From the sequence record NC_107013.1: a stretch of 41,265 nucleotides of DNA, one strand, 5' to 3'. This document shows, piece after piece, positions 1 through 8,427 of this stretch; the first letter of the stretch is position 1, and every line of letters starts with the position of its first letter. Position numbers and translations under genes: made by a program. A model generated the notes under the pieces. It was not told the origin of the DNA, did not search any database, and saw nothing but the letters and a program-made list of their open reading frames with translations. The DNA is from a phage.

Positions 1-127
1 GCGTGAAATCGCGGGCCTGGGCTTCATTATCGCTGTTCTCTGGATGCCTATCTATTCCCGCCTCTCCGGTATCGTCGCCGGAGAATACATCGCACGTCGA
101 GGAGGCCCGGATGAATGAATTATTCTG
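1..127. repeat. Terminal direct repeat: 1-127 is identical to 41139-41265 (wrap-around of a circular or terminally redundant genome); carries the 3' end of holin 1 and the start of holin 2
   Basis: Exact identity of the first 127 nt with the last 127 nt, read directly. Confidence 0.9.
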
Positions 128-383
128 GTTCGGCGGTATGCTGGCAATTGGGGGCACATCGCTGTTTAATGTATATCATCCCAGCGTGGACGACGGGCTA
201 TTTGGCCGGGTGCTCTATATCCTGACTGCTATAGTCTGCGCCGCCGGATGTATCCACCTGTTACAGGGCAGCATGTCACCGACGCTGCCTGAGACATTAA
301 TCACATTAGTCGCGCTGCGTCAGATTCGTCAGGCGTGGCTATCGTACGGAGGGCACAAGCGTGTCTCGAAACATTTCAGATAA
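111..383 (+). CDS. Holin-like small membrane protein (2 predicted TM segments, basic C-terminus); possible second holin or antiholin
   Basis: ATG at 111 overlaps the upstream holin stop (ATGAATGA); hydrophobic stretches LFWFGGMLAIGGTSLF and VLYILTAIVCAAGCIHLL; immediately precedes the endolysin. Confidence 0.6.
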   Translation: MNELFWFGGMLAIGGTSLFNVYHPSVDDGLFGRVLYILTAIVCAAGCIHLLQGSMSPTLPETLITLVALRQIRQAWLSYGGHKRVSKHFR

Positions 384-849
384 TGGATTGCATTTTACCG
401 CTGCATTTGAGGGATTCCGCGGAACTGCGTATCGTGCTACGCCGAACGAGAAGTACCTGACTATTGGCTATGGTCACTATGGGCCGGACGTAACACCCGG
501 CAAGACCATCACCCCCGGACAAGGCCTCCTGTTACTGAATCGCGATATGGCTAAGGCCGTAGCTGCGGTCGATGCAGCAGCACACCATTCGCTGACACAG
601 GCACAGTTCGACGCTGTGTGCGACTTGGTCTATAACGCAGGTGCTGGTGTGATAGCAGCTACTACCGGAACCGGTAAGGCGCTGCGTTCGGGTGATATTA
701 CGACGCTGCGGGCTAAGCTGGCGCTGTTCATCAACCAGAACGGCAAACCGTTACTTGGCCTGCGTCGCCGTACCGCAGGACGTCTGGCATTGTTCGACGG
801 TAAACCGTGGCAGGAGGCTGAGGCAATCGGGCGTGCGGTGAAAGGTTGA
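361..849 (+). CDS. Endolysin, T4-lysozyme-like (GH24) muramidase
   Basis: GTG start with GGAGGG RBS 8 nt upstream; N-terminal motif FEGFRGTAY...TIGYGH typical of GH24 lysozymes; overlaps holin 2. Confidence 0.8.
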   Translation: MSRNISDNGLHFTAAFEGFRGTAYRATPNEKYLTIGYGHYGPDVTPGKTITPGQGLLLLNRDMAKAVAAVDAAAHHSLTQAQFDAVCDLVYNAGAGVIAATTGTGKALRSGDITTLRAKLALFINQNGKPLLGLRRRTAGRLALFDGKPWQEAEAIGRAVKG

Positions 850-915
850 CACCTAAGACCAATCAGACGATACTTAAATCACCTCCTGTTCCATCCCTCT
901 GCTCTCCAGTTTTAT

Positions 916-945
916 CCCGGCCCTGACCCAGCCGGGATTTTTTTT
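916..945 (+). terminator. Rho-independent terminator after the lysis cassette
   Basis: CCCGGC...GCCGGG hairpin followed by a T8 run. Confidence 0.6.
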
Positions 946-967
946 ATCTGTTTTCTGTAATGGCTAG

Positions 968-996
968 TTGACTATTACCTTAGACCCTATTATATT
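968..996 (+). promoter_or_regulatory. Sigma70-like promoter (TTGACT-N17-TATATT)
   Basis: -35 and -10 hexamers with 17-bp spacer, upstream of the small-ORF cluster. Confidence 0.45.
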
Positions 997-1029
997 TACT
1001 CCATCGACAACGAGAACGGAGTAGAGAAA

Positions 1030-1179
1030 ATGAAAATCACAGACATCGAAGCATTCAAAGACGCACAACTGATGGCACGCATCGCCGTTAGTAACCTGAG
1101 CAACAGCATTCCAGCGGACGCGTTCTGGTTCGCTGCGATGCAGACACTTAAAGCAGCTTACGCAGGAGAGAAGAAATGA
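1030..1179 (+). CDS. Hypothetical small protein (49 aa)
   Basis: GGAG RBS, ATG start, stop overlaps next ATG (ATGA). Confidence 0.4.
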   Translation: MKITDIEAFKDAQLMARIAVSNLSNSIPADAFWFAAMQTLKAAYAGEKK

Positions 1180-1334
1180 GCGAGTCAGAAGGAAATATCA
1201 CGACACCATCCGCCGGGAAGAAAGTCAACCGCACCCCGTTCCCGACACGAGAGGAACTGATGAAACGTAACAGTTTCCCTGGGCCGGACAAGAACAAGTA
1301 TCTTAATCGCATGTGGGGAGAGCGTAAAGAATGA
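1176..1334 (+). CDS. Hypothetical small protein (52 aa)
   Basis: ATGA start/stop coupling on both sides. Confidence 0.4.
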   Translation: MSESEGNITTPSAGKKVNRTPFPTREELMKRNSFPGPDKNKYLNRMWGERKE

Positions 1335-1516
1335 CTGACCGCGAATACGAAAAGATGATGGTAGAGGCTGTTAACGGCGGCGTAGACATCGGACACGTGA
1401 TGCACGTCCTGAATACTAAAATCGCGGTAGCTGAGCAAATGGTTGAGTCGCTATACGAGACACGCCGTGAACTGATTAACCGCTTCAACCTGAACAAAGG
1501 TGACACCAATGCCTAA
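1331..1516 (+). CDS. Hypothetical protein (61 aa)
   Basis: ORF in a tightly coupled operon. Confidence 0.45.
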   Translation: MTDREYEKMMVEAVNGGVDIGHVMHVLNTKIAVAEQMVESLYETRRELINRFNLNKGDTNA

Positions 1517-1757
1517 AATCACAATCGCATCGCTCGAGCGCCGTATTCTGGTGCTTGAGTCGGAGAAACAGACGTTAGGCGGGCAACTGTCAATTAACGG
1601 TGAGTACCAGTTAGCCGCATTTAAGGTTCTTCTCATGTTGTTGAGAGGAGAAGAGGAAAAGATGAACGCCTGCGAGCATGATTACCGCCTGCATTTAGTT
1701 GATGGGGTGCATCGAGCCACATGCTTAAAATGCGGTAAAGCGTATGAAAGCGCCTGA
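1509..1757 (+). CDS. Hypothetical protein with C-terminal Cys/His cluster (possible zinc ribbon)
   Basis: ATG at 1509; C-terminal CEH...H...CLKCG. Confidence 0.45.
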   Translation: MPKITIASLERRILVLESEKQTLGGQLSINGEYQLAAFKVLLMLLRGEEEKMNACEHDYRLHLVDGVHRATCLKCGKAYESA

Positions 1758-1926
1758 ACCCGTAGTTATCGATGGCGTCCTGTGGAAACCCTACTCGGTT
1801 AACCATATCGACGCCGACGGGAAGAAGTTTAGTTTCTACATTTTTGCAATTAGCCGTGAGCACGCCGCTTGTGTGGTCGACGATATACGAGAAACGGCGT
1901 GGCTCGGTGATGAGATAGTGGGGTGA
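1744..1926 (+). CDS. Hypothetical protein (60 aa)
   Basis: ORF overlapping neighbours in the operon. Confidence 0.4.
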   Translation: MKAPEPVVIDGVLWKPYSVNHIDADGKKFSFYIFAISREHAACVVDDIRETAWLGDEIVG

Positions 1927-1928
1927 AT

Positions 1929-2099
1929 ATGTTCAGTGACATCAACGCAGCAATCGAAGAGGCAATCTGGCGTCGTTACAACGGCGAGCAACAACGGCAC
2001 TTTTGCCTGGTGCAACGCGGTAACATGGTTGCCGTAGTGCAGGACCGCGATAACAAATATCCGAATGCGATGTGGACAACGAGGAATTTCTTAGGATGA
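1929..2099 (+). CDS. Hypothetical small protein (56 aa)
   Basis: ATG at 1929; stop overlaps next start (ATGA). Confidence 0.4.
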   Translation: MFSDINAAIEEAIWRRYNGEQQRHFCLVQRGNMVAVVQDRDNKYPNAMWTTRNFLG

Positions 2100-2332
2100 T
2101 TACCAGCATTCCAAACCTGATTAAAGAATACGGCACGATGGCTGAGACATGCCGACAAACCGGCATCAACGAAATGACGATTGCCAAGTACAGCAAAGAC
2201 GTTAACTGCGAGCGCCATGTAATTTATAACAATCGTCTGATGACGCACGTTAAGACAAGCCCGGTGTTATTCACGCGCCGGGGTATTACTAAAACAGAGC
2301 AACGTATTGCTAAAGAGGGGAGTGGGGAATGA
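2096..2332 (+). CDS. Hypothetical protein with HTH-like segment
   Basis: ATG at 2096; segment ETCRQTGINEMTIAKYSK resembles a helix-turn-helix. Confidence 0.4.
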   Translation: MITSIPNLIKEYGTMAETCRQTGINEMTIAKYSKDVNCERHVIYNNRLMTHVKTSPVLFTRRGITKTEQRIAKEGSGE

Positions 2333-2487
2333 TTAGTATTCTGGAGTTCATCGACAACCAAGTTTGGTACGAGCCAGAGTTAAATAAGTATTCAGTTAAT
2401 GGGAAAATATTTCGGCGCAAAGGCCAGGCAGAGCGTTACGCAGCTAAACTATACCGTCAGCTTGTCAAGGATGGTTTCTTCAAATGA
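2329..2487 (+). CDS. Hypothetical small protein (52 aa)
   Basis: ATGA coupling on both sides. Confidence 0.35.
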   Translation: MISILEFIDNQVWYEPELNKYSVNGKIFRRKGQAERYAAKLYRQLVKDGFFK

Positions 2488-2590
2488 GACTACTAATCAT
2501 CCCTAACGCCCGGGCCATTCCCGTAGCTAACGACCATTACGGCGGCGACGGTAAAAGAGCACCACGCCACGGCCTATACAACTGATACAA

Positions 2591-2612
2591 GCCCTCTACC
2601 GAGGGCTTTTCT
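2591..2612 (+). terminator. Rho-independent terminator
   Basis: GCCCTC-TACCG-AGGGC hairpin followed by TTTT. Confidence 0.5.
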
Positions 2613-2706
2613 GTACATCCTGCCCAATCACCTTATATAATCCCTTTAGACGCGTAGGGCGCGTCTGATGCGCTCTGATGGTCAGACGCATATGCAAGGG
2701 GATTCT

Positions 2707-3252
2707 ATGAAGCTGAAACTCAAGCAGCCATCGCCAGAGGTGGTGCAAGCTGCACATGAAGAAGCTGTTAGTGCAAACCGCCGTCGTAAACGACCGCGCG
2801 GTAAACAGAGCCTTTATCAATCATCCAGTAATTCCGCCGCGCTGTGGGACCCGGATTATTGCGACGCGCTAATCGAGTTCTTCGACCGCACGTCGTGGGA
2901 ACTCGTGCCTACGTCTAAGGGTGACGAACGCCCGCTGATTCAGGATAAACCCCCGTCACTGGCCCGCTTCGCCCTGCACATCGGCGTCACTATCCCGATT
3001 ATTAAGCTGTGGTTGCGCGAGATTCCCGCATTTGCGGAAGCCTGGGAGACGGCGCAGGCACTGGAAGAGGCCTATTTCACTGAGACAGGGGCTGCTGGTA
3101 TTTCTGCTACGTTTGCTGCCGCGAAGCTGGGCCTCAGCAAAGAGAAACCGGTTGAGTCCACAGAAGAAACAGCACCGACTGAGATTATTTTTAGTGTTGC
3201 AGAGCCTGTAGGTAAAATTGTAACAACGAATATGGGTGAGGTAGAGGAATGA
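2707..3252 (+). CDS. terS: Terminase small subunit (putative)
   Basis: AAGGGG RBS before ATG 2707; basic N-terminus; directly upstream of and overlapping the large terminase; HTH-like segment. Confidence 0.55.
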   Translation: MKLKLKQPSPEVVQAAHEEAVSANRRRKRPRGKQSLYQSSSNSAALWDPDYCDALIEFFDRTSWELVPTSKGDERPLIQDKPPSLARFALHIGVTIPIIKLWLREIPAFAEAWETAQALEEAYFTETGAAGISATFAAAKLGLSKEKPVESTEETAPTEIIFSVAEPVGKIVTTNMGEVEE

Positions 3253-4499
3253 GTATTCAGCTATCCGCACCGCAGGCACTGTTCCTGAATTGCGATAACA
3301 AATACAAAGCCTATGTCGGCGGCTTCGGCAGCGGAAAGACATTTGTTGGCTGCCTTGACCTGCTTACGTTTATGCTCAAGCATCCAGGTACGCGCCTGGG
3401 TTACTTCGGCCCGACATACCCGGCTATCCGTGACATCTTCTACCCGACATTTGAGGAAGCCGCTAACCTGCTCGGCCTCGATGTGCTGGTTAAATCTGGC
3501 GACAAAGAAGTCGTGGTTACTCGCGGTAAGACGGTGCTCGGTACAGTTATCTGCCGTTCTATGGATAACCCAGGCTCGATAGTCGGCTTCAAAATCGCTG
3601 CTGCGGTCGTGGATGAGCTTGATGTATTGAGCCGTGAGAAAGCTGAGCTGGCGTGGAACAAAATAGTCGCCCGTATGCGTCTGGTTATCCCCGGCGTAAC
3701 TAACCACATCTCTGTCACCACGACACCGGAAGGGTTCAAGTTCGTCTACGCCAAGTTCAAAGAGAACCCGACGCCGAGTTACTCGATGGTGCAGGCTTCT
3801 ACACACGAGAACGCGCGATTCCTGCCGCCTGACTACATTAGCTCACTGACCGAGACTTACCCCGCGCAACTGATTAACGCGTACCTGAACGGTGAGTTCG
3901 TTAACCTGACATCCGGCAGCGTGTATTATGCGTATGACCGTCGCAAGCACCGCAGCAAAGAGACAATTCAACCGGGCGATACACTGTACATCGGGCAGGA
4001 CTTCAACGTTACGAAGAACGCCAGCGCCGTGTATGTGCAACGTAAAGACGGCTGGCACGCGGTGGCAGAACTGAAAGGTCTGTTTGATACGCCGGACACC
4101 GTGCGTGTAATTACTGAGAAGTGGAAGTCGCAGGGCCACCGCATAGTCGTTTACCCGGACGCCAGCGGCAAGAACCGCAAGACCAACTCGGCGTCAATCT
4201 CAGATATTGCGTTACTCCAGCAGGCCGGTTTCGATGTTCGCGCTAAATCCGCCAACCCTCCGGTTAAAGACCGTGTTTTAGCCGTGAATACCGCACTGGA
4301 AAAAGGTAAGCTGTGGGTTAATGACCACTTATGCCCTGAGATAGCGAAGACGCTGGAGCAGCAGGCATACGATGATAACGGAGAGCCAGCTAAAGACGGC
4401 ATCATTGACCATATGGCGGATGCTCTCGGCTATCCTGTAGTTTACGAGATGCCGGTGGTTAAACCAGTAATCAACATCCCGGTGACTTTCGCACTTTAA
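3249..4499 (+). CDS. terL: Terminase large subunit
   Basis: Walker A-like VGGFGSGKT near N-terminus; 416 aa; followed by portal. Confidence 0.8.
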   Translation: MSIQLSAPQALFLNCDNKYKAYVGGFGSGKTFVGCLDLLTFMLKHPGTRLGYFGPTYPAIRDIFYPTFEEAANLLGLDVLVKSGDKEVVVTRGKTVLGTVICRSMDNPGSIVGFKIAAAVVDELDVLSREKAELAWNKIVARMRLVIPGVTNHISVTTTPEGFKFVYAKFKENPTPSYSMVQASTHENARFLPPDYISSLTETYPAQLINAYLNGEFVNLTSGSVYYAYDRRKHRSKETIQPGDTLYIGQDFNVTKNASAVYVQRKDGWHAVAELKGLFDTPDTVRVITEKWKSQGHRIVVYPDASGKNRKTNSASISDIALLQQAGFDVRAKSANPPVKDRVLAVNTALEKGKLWVNDHLCPEIAKTLEQQAYDDNGEPAKDGIIDHMADALGYPVVYEMPVVKPVINIPVTFAL

Positions 4500-4510
4500 G
4501 AGGACAACAA

Positions 4511-6004
4511 ATGGTTTCCGCAAACATTAACGCAGGGCAAGGGCAGAACGTTAAAACCCGCCACCGCCAGTACGAAGAGTATTTCCCTAAGTGGCAGAAG
4601 GTGCGACATGCGCTTTCTGGCGACCTGACATCGTATCTACGTGACGTCAGTAAGAACGAGCCGGACCCGGTTTACGGTCGCCAGCGTCAGGCTGAATACG
4701 AAGCGGGGGCAATTTGCTACAACTTCACCAAGCGAACGCTTTCAGGCATGGTCGGCAGCGTAATGCGCAAAGACCCCGAGATGATTATTCCGTCTCAGAT
4801 GGAATACCTGACCACTAACTGTGACGGGTCGGGCGTTGGCCTGTGGCAGCACGCACAGGATACTCTGTATGAGATTGATGCTGTTGGTCGCGGTGGCTTG
4901 CTGGTTGACGCCCCCGCGGTAGAAGTAGCTACCATGGCAGAGCAAAACGAGGGTTTACTAAACCCAACAATCGCTTTCTACACCGCAGAGAATATCATCA
5001 ACTGGCGTCTCCAGCGCGTCGGGTCTGTTAATCGTGTGGTTATGGTTGTATTGCGTGAGGAATACGAGTACACCGATGGCGCGGATGAGTTCAGCCCCAA
5101 CTACGGCGAGCAATACCGCGTCCTTGATATTTTCGAAGGCCAGTATCGCCAGCGTCTGTACCGCTTTAACCAGAAAGGTGCACTGATGGAAGGTGGCTAT
5201 ATCGAAATATTCCCGAAACTCGGTAATATTCCGGTCGGGGTGATTCCGTTCACGTTCATCGGCGCGGGAAATAACGACTCAACCCCTGACGATGCACCTT
5301 TGCTGCCGTTGGCTGAACTTAATATTGGGCACTTCCGCAACAGCGCGGACAATGAGGAGTCCAGCTTCGTCGTAGGCCAGCCTACTCTGTTCATCGCCCC
5401 CGGTGAGAACATGAGCATGGGACAATGGAAAGAAGCCAACCCTCACGGAGTGCGTATGGGGTCACGTTCTGGCCATAACATCGGTTACGGCGGCAATGCG
5501 TTTCTGGTCCAGGCCGGTGAGAACAACCTAGCCAAGCAGAACATGTTGGATAAAGAGAACCAGGCAATCCAGATTGGTGCACAGCTTATTACCCCGACGC
5601 AGCAAATCACCGCGGAATCGGCACGCCTGCAACGCGGCGCTGATACGTCCGTTATGGCAACAATCGCACGTAACGTAAGCATGGCGTATACCGATGCGTT
5701 GCGCTGGGTCGCGGGTATGCTTGGGATTAGCGACAGCACTGAAATTGAGTTCAAACTGAACATGGAGTTCTTCCTGCAACCAATGACCGCTCAGGACCGC
5801 GCGCAGTGGATGGCGGATATTAACGCGGGCCTGTTACCGGCTACCGCTTACTATGCTGCGTTGCGTAAGGCGGGGGTAACTGACTGGACAGACGAGGACA
5901 TTCAGAACGCTATCGAGGATGCGCCTCTGCCATTAGGTGCTGTTGCTCAGGTGGCTGGGGAGATTCCGCAGTCGGCGCAGCAAAAAGACCCCACCCAGCA
6001 GTAA
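4511..6004 (+). CDS. Portal protein
   Basis: 497-aa ORF directly after the large terminase with strong RBS. Confidence 0.75.
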   Translation: MVSANINAGQGQNVKTRHRQYEEYFPKWQKVRHALSGDLTSYLRDVSKNEPDPVYGRQRQAEYEAGAICYNFTKRTLSGMVGSVMRKDPEMIIPSQMEYLTTNCDGSGVGLWQHAQDTLYEIDAVGRGGLLVDAPAVEVATMAEQNEGLLNPTIAFYTAENIINWRLQRVGSVNRVVMVVLREEYEYTDGADEFSPNYGEQYRVLDIFEGQYRQRLYRFNQKGALMEGGYIEIFPKLGNIPVGVIPFTFIGAGNNDSTPDDAPLLPLAELNIGHFRNSADNEESSFVVGQPTLFIAPGENMSMGQWKEANPHGVRMGSRSGHNIGYGGNAFLVQAGENNLAKQNMLDKENQAIQIGAQLITPTQQITAESARLQRGADTSVMATIARNVSMAYTDALRWVAGMLGISDSTEIEFKLNMEFFLQPMTAQDRAQWMADINAGLLPATAYYAALRKAGVTDWTDEDIQNAIEDAPLPLGAVAQVAGEIPQSAQQKDPTQQ

Positions 6005-6014
6005 GTTCACATAT

Positions 6015-6036
6015 AGCCCCGAAAGGGGCTTTCTTA
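6015..6036 (+). terminator. Internal hairpin terminator/attenuator between portal and head morphogenesis genes
   Basis: AGCCCC-GAAA-GGGGCT then TTCTT; same hairpin as at 7584-7604. Confidence 0.45.
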
Positions 6037-6073
6037 TAGTATGCTATTAACTTTAGCGCCACAGGGTTTATCT

Positions 6074-7117
6074 ATGAGCTTACTTACATCACTAATCAGC
6101 CACCAAATATGGCTGCAACGCACCGCATCCGGTGAGGTGAAAGACCTCGCGCCGTTCATTAAGGAGATGCGGGACGAAATCAAACGGCAGGTGCTGCTAT
6201 TCGGCGACGACGGTCGCAGCACTGCGCGACTGAATAAACTGTTACGTGACCTTGAAGAAGTACTGACAGGACTTACTGGTGACTGGCAAACAAAGCTGGC
6301 AGAAGACCTCAAGGAACTGGCGGTGTATGAAGCTGAGTGGAACGTAAAGACCCTGACCGCCAACGTAGATGCGGAATTTGTTACGCCCACCGCCGAACAG
6401 GTGTGGGCCGCTGCTGAGTTTCAGCCATTATCATTGAGTGGCAAGCCAGTTGATTTCACTAAACTGATGTCAGGTTGGGGTGAAACGGAAGTAGCACGTC
6501 TTGTAACCGGCGTTAAGATGGGCTTTGTACAAGGTCAAACAACACGGCAGATTGTTAAGAATGTAGTAGGCGCCGGTGGGCTGGCTGACATCTCTGAGCG
6601 TAACGCCGCTACCGTCATCCGCACCGCGCTGTCTCACGTGTCCAACGAAGCCCGTAACGAGACGTACCGCCAGAACGACGACATCATAGAGAAGTACGAG
6701 TGGGTGTCAACGCTTGACAGCCGCACCAGTACGATTTGCAGGGTCAGAGACGGGATGACGTGGGAAATTGGTAAGGGGCCGATGCCCCCTGCCCATCCGA
6801 ACTGCCGGTCGTGCACGGCTCCGGTAATCAGTTCCGAGTTCGACTTCCTCGATAAAGGCGCAAAACGCGCGGCTAAAGGCGCGGAAGGTGGCACTCAGGT
6901 AAGCGTAGACACCACTTACTACGAGTTCCTTAAACAACAACCGGCGTGGTTTCAGGACCAGGCGCTCGGCCCGGTGCGAGGTAAGATTTTCCGTAACAGC
7001 GGTATATCGCCGGAAGAGTTTCGCGTAATATCTGTAGATGGTTTCGGGAATCCGCTCACGCTTAAGCAGATGGCGGAACTCGATAAACGTGTTGCTGATT
7101 ATCTGAAAGGGGATTAA
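6074..7117 (+). CDS. Head morphogenesis / minor capsid protein (SPP1 gp7 / Mu F-like); start ambiguous (6041 or 6074)
   Basis: Position after portal and size. Confidence 0.6.
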   Translation: MSLLTSLISHQIWLQRTASGEVKDLAPFIKEMRDEIKRQVLLFGDDGRSTARLNKLLRDLEEVLTGLTGDWQTKLAEDLKELAVYEAEWNVKTLTANVDAEFVTPTAEQVWAAAEFQPLSLSGKPVDFTKLMSGWGETEVARLVTGVKMGFVQGQTTRQIVKNVVGAGGLADISERNAATVIRTALSHVSNEARNETYRQNDDIIEKYEWVSTLDSRTSTICRVRDGMTWEIGKGPMPPAHPNCRSCTAPVISSEFDFLDKGAKRAAKGAEGGTQVSVDTTYYEFLKQQPAWFQDQALGPVRGKIFRNSGISPEEFRVISVDGFGNPLTLKQMAELDKRVADYLKGD

Positions 7118-7578
7118 TGATGGGCTTTTTCAAAGTAACTGATGTACCGTCACGTCGCGTAGTCCAGTACGCCCGCGTGTCTGGCTCTGGTGAGAACGTG
7201 GTGTTTATTGATGATGAAAGTGTACTCGGTACACCCGAAGACGATATGCCGTTTGCAGATAAAACCGGTATTGCGTTACCCGCGGCGGGCATGCTTTATG
7301 AAATTCCGTATCTGGCGGATGCAGGTGACGTGTATTTCTCGGTGCAACCGAAAGACACCGAGCTGGTCGACGGTAGCGCCACCATCACCGTCGAAGTTAA
7401 GGCGGGTAAAGCGCCGTGTGTACTGACCTGGTACAAAGACGGCAAGGAAGTGGTAAACGCCCCAGAAGAGGCTTTGTCTCTGACGGTTAATGCTGTCGGT
7501 GAATACTTCGTTAAAGTCACCGATGCCGATGGGGTAGAGGCCGTAAGTAAAGCAGCGAAGGTTACTAAGCCAGAATAA
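7117..7578 (+). CDS. Virion-associated protein with Ig-like C-terminal domain (putative)
   Basis: TAATG coupling to upstream gene; beta-rich C-terminal segment. Confidence 0.4.
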   Translation: MMGFFKVTDVPSRRVVQYARVSGSGENVVFIDDESVLGTPEDDMPFADKTGIALPAAGMLYEIPYLADAGDVYFSVQPKDTELVDGSATITVEVKAGKAPCVLTWYKDGKEVVNAPEEALSLTVNAVGEYFVKVTDADGVEAVSKAAKVTKPE

Positions 7579-7583
7579 ACTGA

Positions 7584-7604
7584 AGCCCCGAAAGGGGCTT
7601 TTTA
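7584..7604 (+). terminator. Rho-independent terminator
   Basis: AGCCCC-GAAA-GGGGCT hairpin followed by TTTTT. Confidence 0.65.
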
Positions 7605-7667
7605 GTGCCTGTGATTATTCCAGTTATTCCACTCAATTGTAAATGTTGGAATAAACTATTCGAATAG

Positions 7668-7696
7668 TTGACTTTTCACCAAAAATGTGCTAAGCT
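7668..7696 (+). promoter_or_regulatory. Sigma70-like promoter TTGACT-N17-TAAGCT (TG-extended -10), copy 1; overlapped upstream by the 16-bp palindrome AACTATTCGAATAGTT
   Basis: Same -35, -10 and spacer length as the promoter at 38053-38081. Confidence 0.55.
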
Positions 7697-7699
7697 CCA

Positions 7700-7810
7700 C
7701 CTGAGCTTGTGAAGTATGAACAAGCGACCGCGGCGCGGGCAGGTAACGGAGCGGGACGTAAGTCCTGAGTGTAGTTACGCTGACGCGTTCGGAAGGGCCA
7801 TACTCTATTG
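7700..7810 (+). ncRNA. Conserved promoter-proximal element, copy 1 (candidate small RNA or cis-acting leader)
   Basis: 5' 34 nt identical and 3' ~33 nt nearly identical to 38085-38197; conserved GCUUGU/ACAAGC hairpin; no conserved reading frame. Confidence 0.4.
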
Positions 7811-7875
7811 CTTGTGTAAAAAGTAACTGGTTTACTGAGATTACGCCGTTTCTATGTTTAAATGATAAGGACTAG

Positions 7876-7905
7876 CGCCCCGCTTTAAGGCGGGGCTTTA
7901 CTTAT
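7876..7905 (+). terminator. Intrinsic terminator/attenuator downstream of element copy 1
   Basis: GCCCCGC-TTTAAG-GCGGGGC hairpin then TTTACTTAT. Confidence 0.45.
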
Positions 7906-7920
7906 CGAGAAAGGGGAAAC

Positions 7921-8307
7921 ATGAATCTTAAAGCAACTGTCGTAGCGGGAGCATGTTTCATCATCCTGGCTTACGCACACGGCATCTACCAGTATCGCAG
8001 CGGCTGGAACGGAGGCCGGGCGAATCTCGTTTCTCAGCAACAGCAGAAAGCACAGGCTGAGTTAGCTAAGAAAACACAACGGCAGCAGCAGGATGAATCG
8101 AAGGCCGCCGCCGCTGATAACGAAGGCAAGACGAAATCAGAGGTAATCACCCGTGAAGTCGTTAAGTACATTAAAACGCCTGGCCGCAGCGTGTGCACTT
8201 TTGACCCTGAGCGCGTGCAGCTCAAGTCCCGCGCCGTCGCAAACGCCAATTCCATCCCCGGATACGACGATGATGCAGCCGCCGTGCAAACTGGCACTGC
8301 CAAGTAA
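7921..8307 (+). CDS. i-spanin (Rz-like): N-terminal TM, Gln/Ala/Lys-rich predicted helix, periplasmic Cys
   Basis: GAAAGGGG RBS; TM VVAGACFIILAYAHGIY; Rz-like architecture; contains an overlapped lipoprotein gene. Confidence 0.6.
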   Translation: MNLKATVVAGACFIILAYAHGIYQYRSGWNGGRANLVSQQQQKAQAELAKKTQRQQQDESKAAAADNEGKTKSEVITREVVKYIKTPGRSVCTFDPERVQLKSRAVANANSIPGYDDDAAAVQTGTAK

Positions 8308-8416
8308 CGACGCGGACGAGGATTTAGCTATTGACGTCCAGAACGCAGAATGTGTACGGCAACTGAGACTTAAAGTGTTCATGTTGCAGGATTACGTGAG
8401 GAATATTCTGGAATAG
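8153..8416 (+). CDS. o-spanin (Rz1-like) outer-membrane lipoprotein, overlapped with the i-spanin in the +1 frame
   Basis: GTG start with AGAGG RBS; signal peptide with lipobox LTLSAC; proline-rich mature part. Confidence 0.55.
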   Translation: MKSLSTLKRLAAACALLTLSACSSSPAPSQTPIPSPDTTMMQPPCKLALPSNDADEDLAIDVQNAECVRQLRLKVFMLQDYVRNILE

Positions 8417-8427
8417 TTGCCTTGTAT

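Noticed and set aside
3-383. Single 126-aa ORF in the six-frame track
   Set aside because: It is a composite: 3-118 is the 3' end of holin 1 (duplicated from 41139-41256), and a separate holin-like gene starts at ATG 111.
7724-7834. Small ORF starting at the ATG inside the conserved element (36 codons in copy 1, 19 in copy 2)
   Set aside because: No Shine-Dalgarno sequence, and indels between copies change frame and length, so conservation is at nucleotide level.
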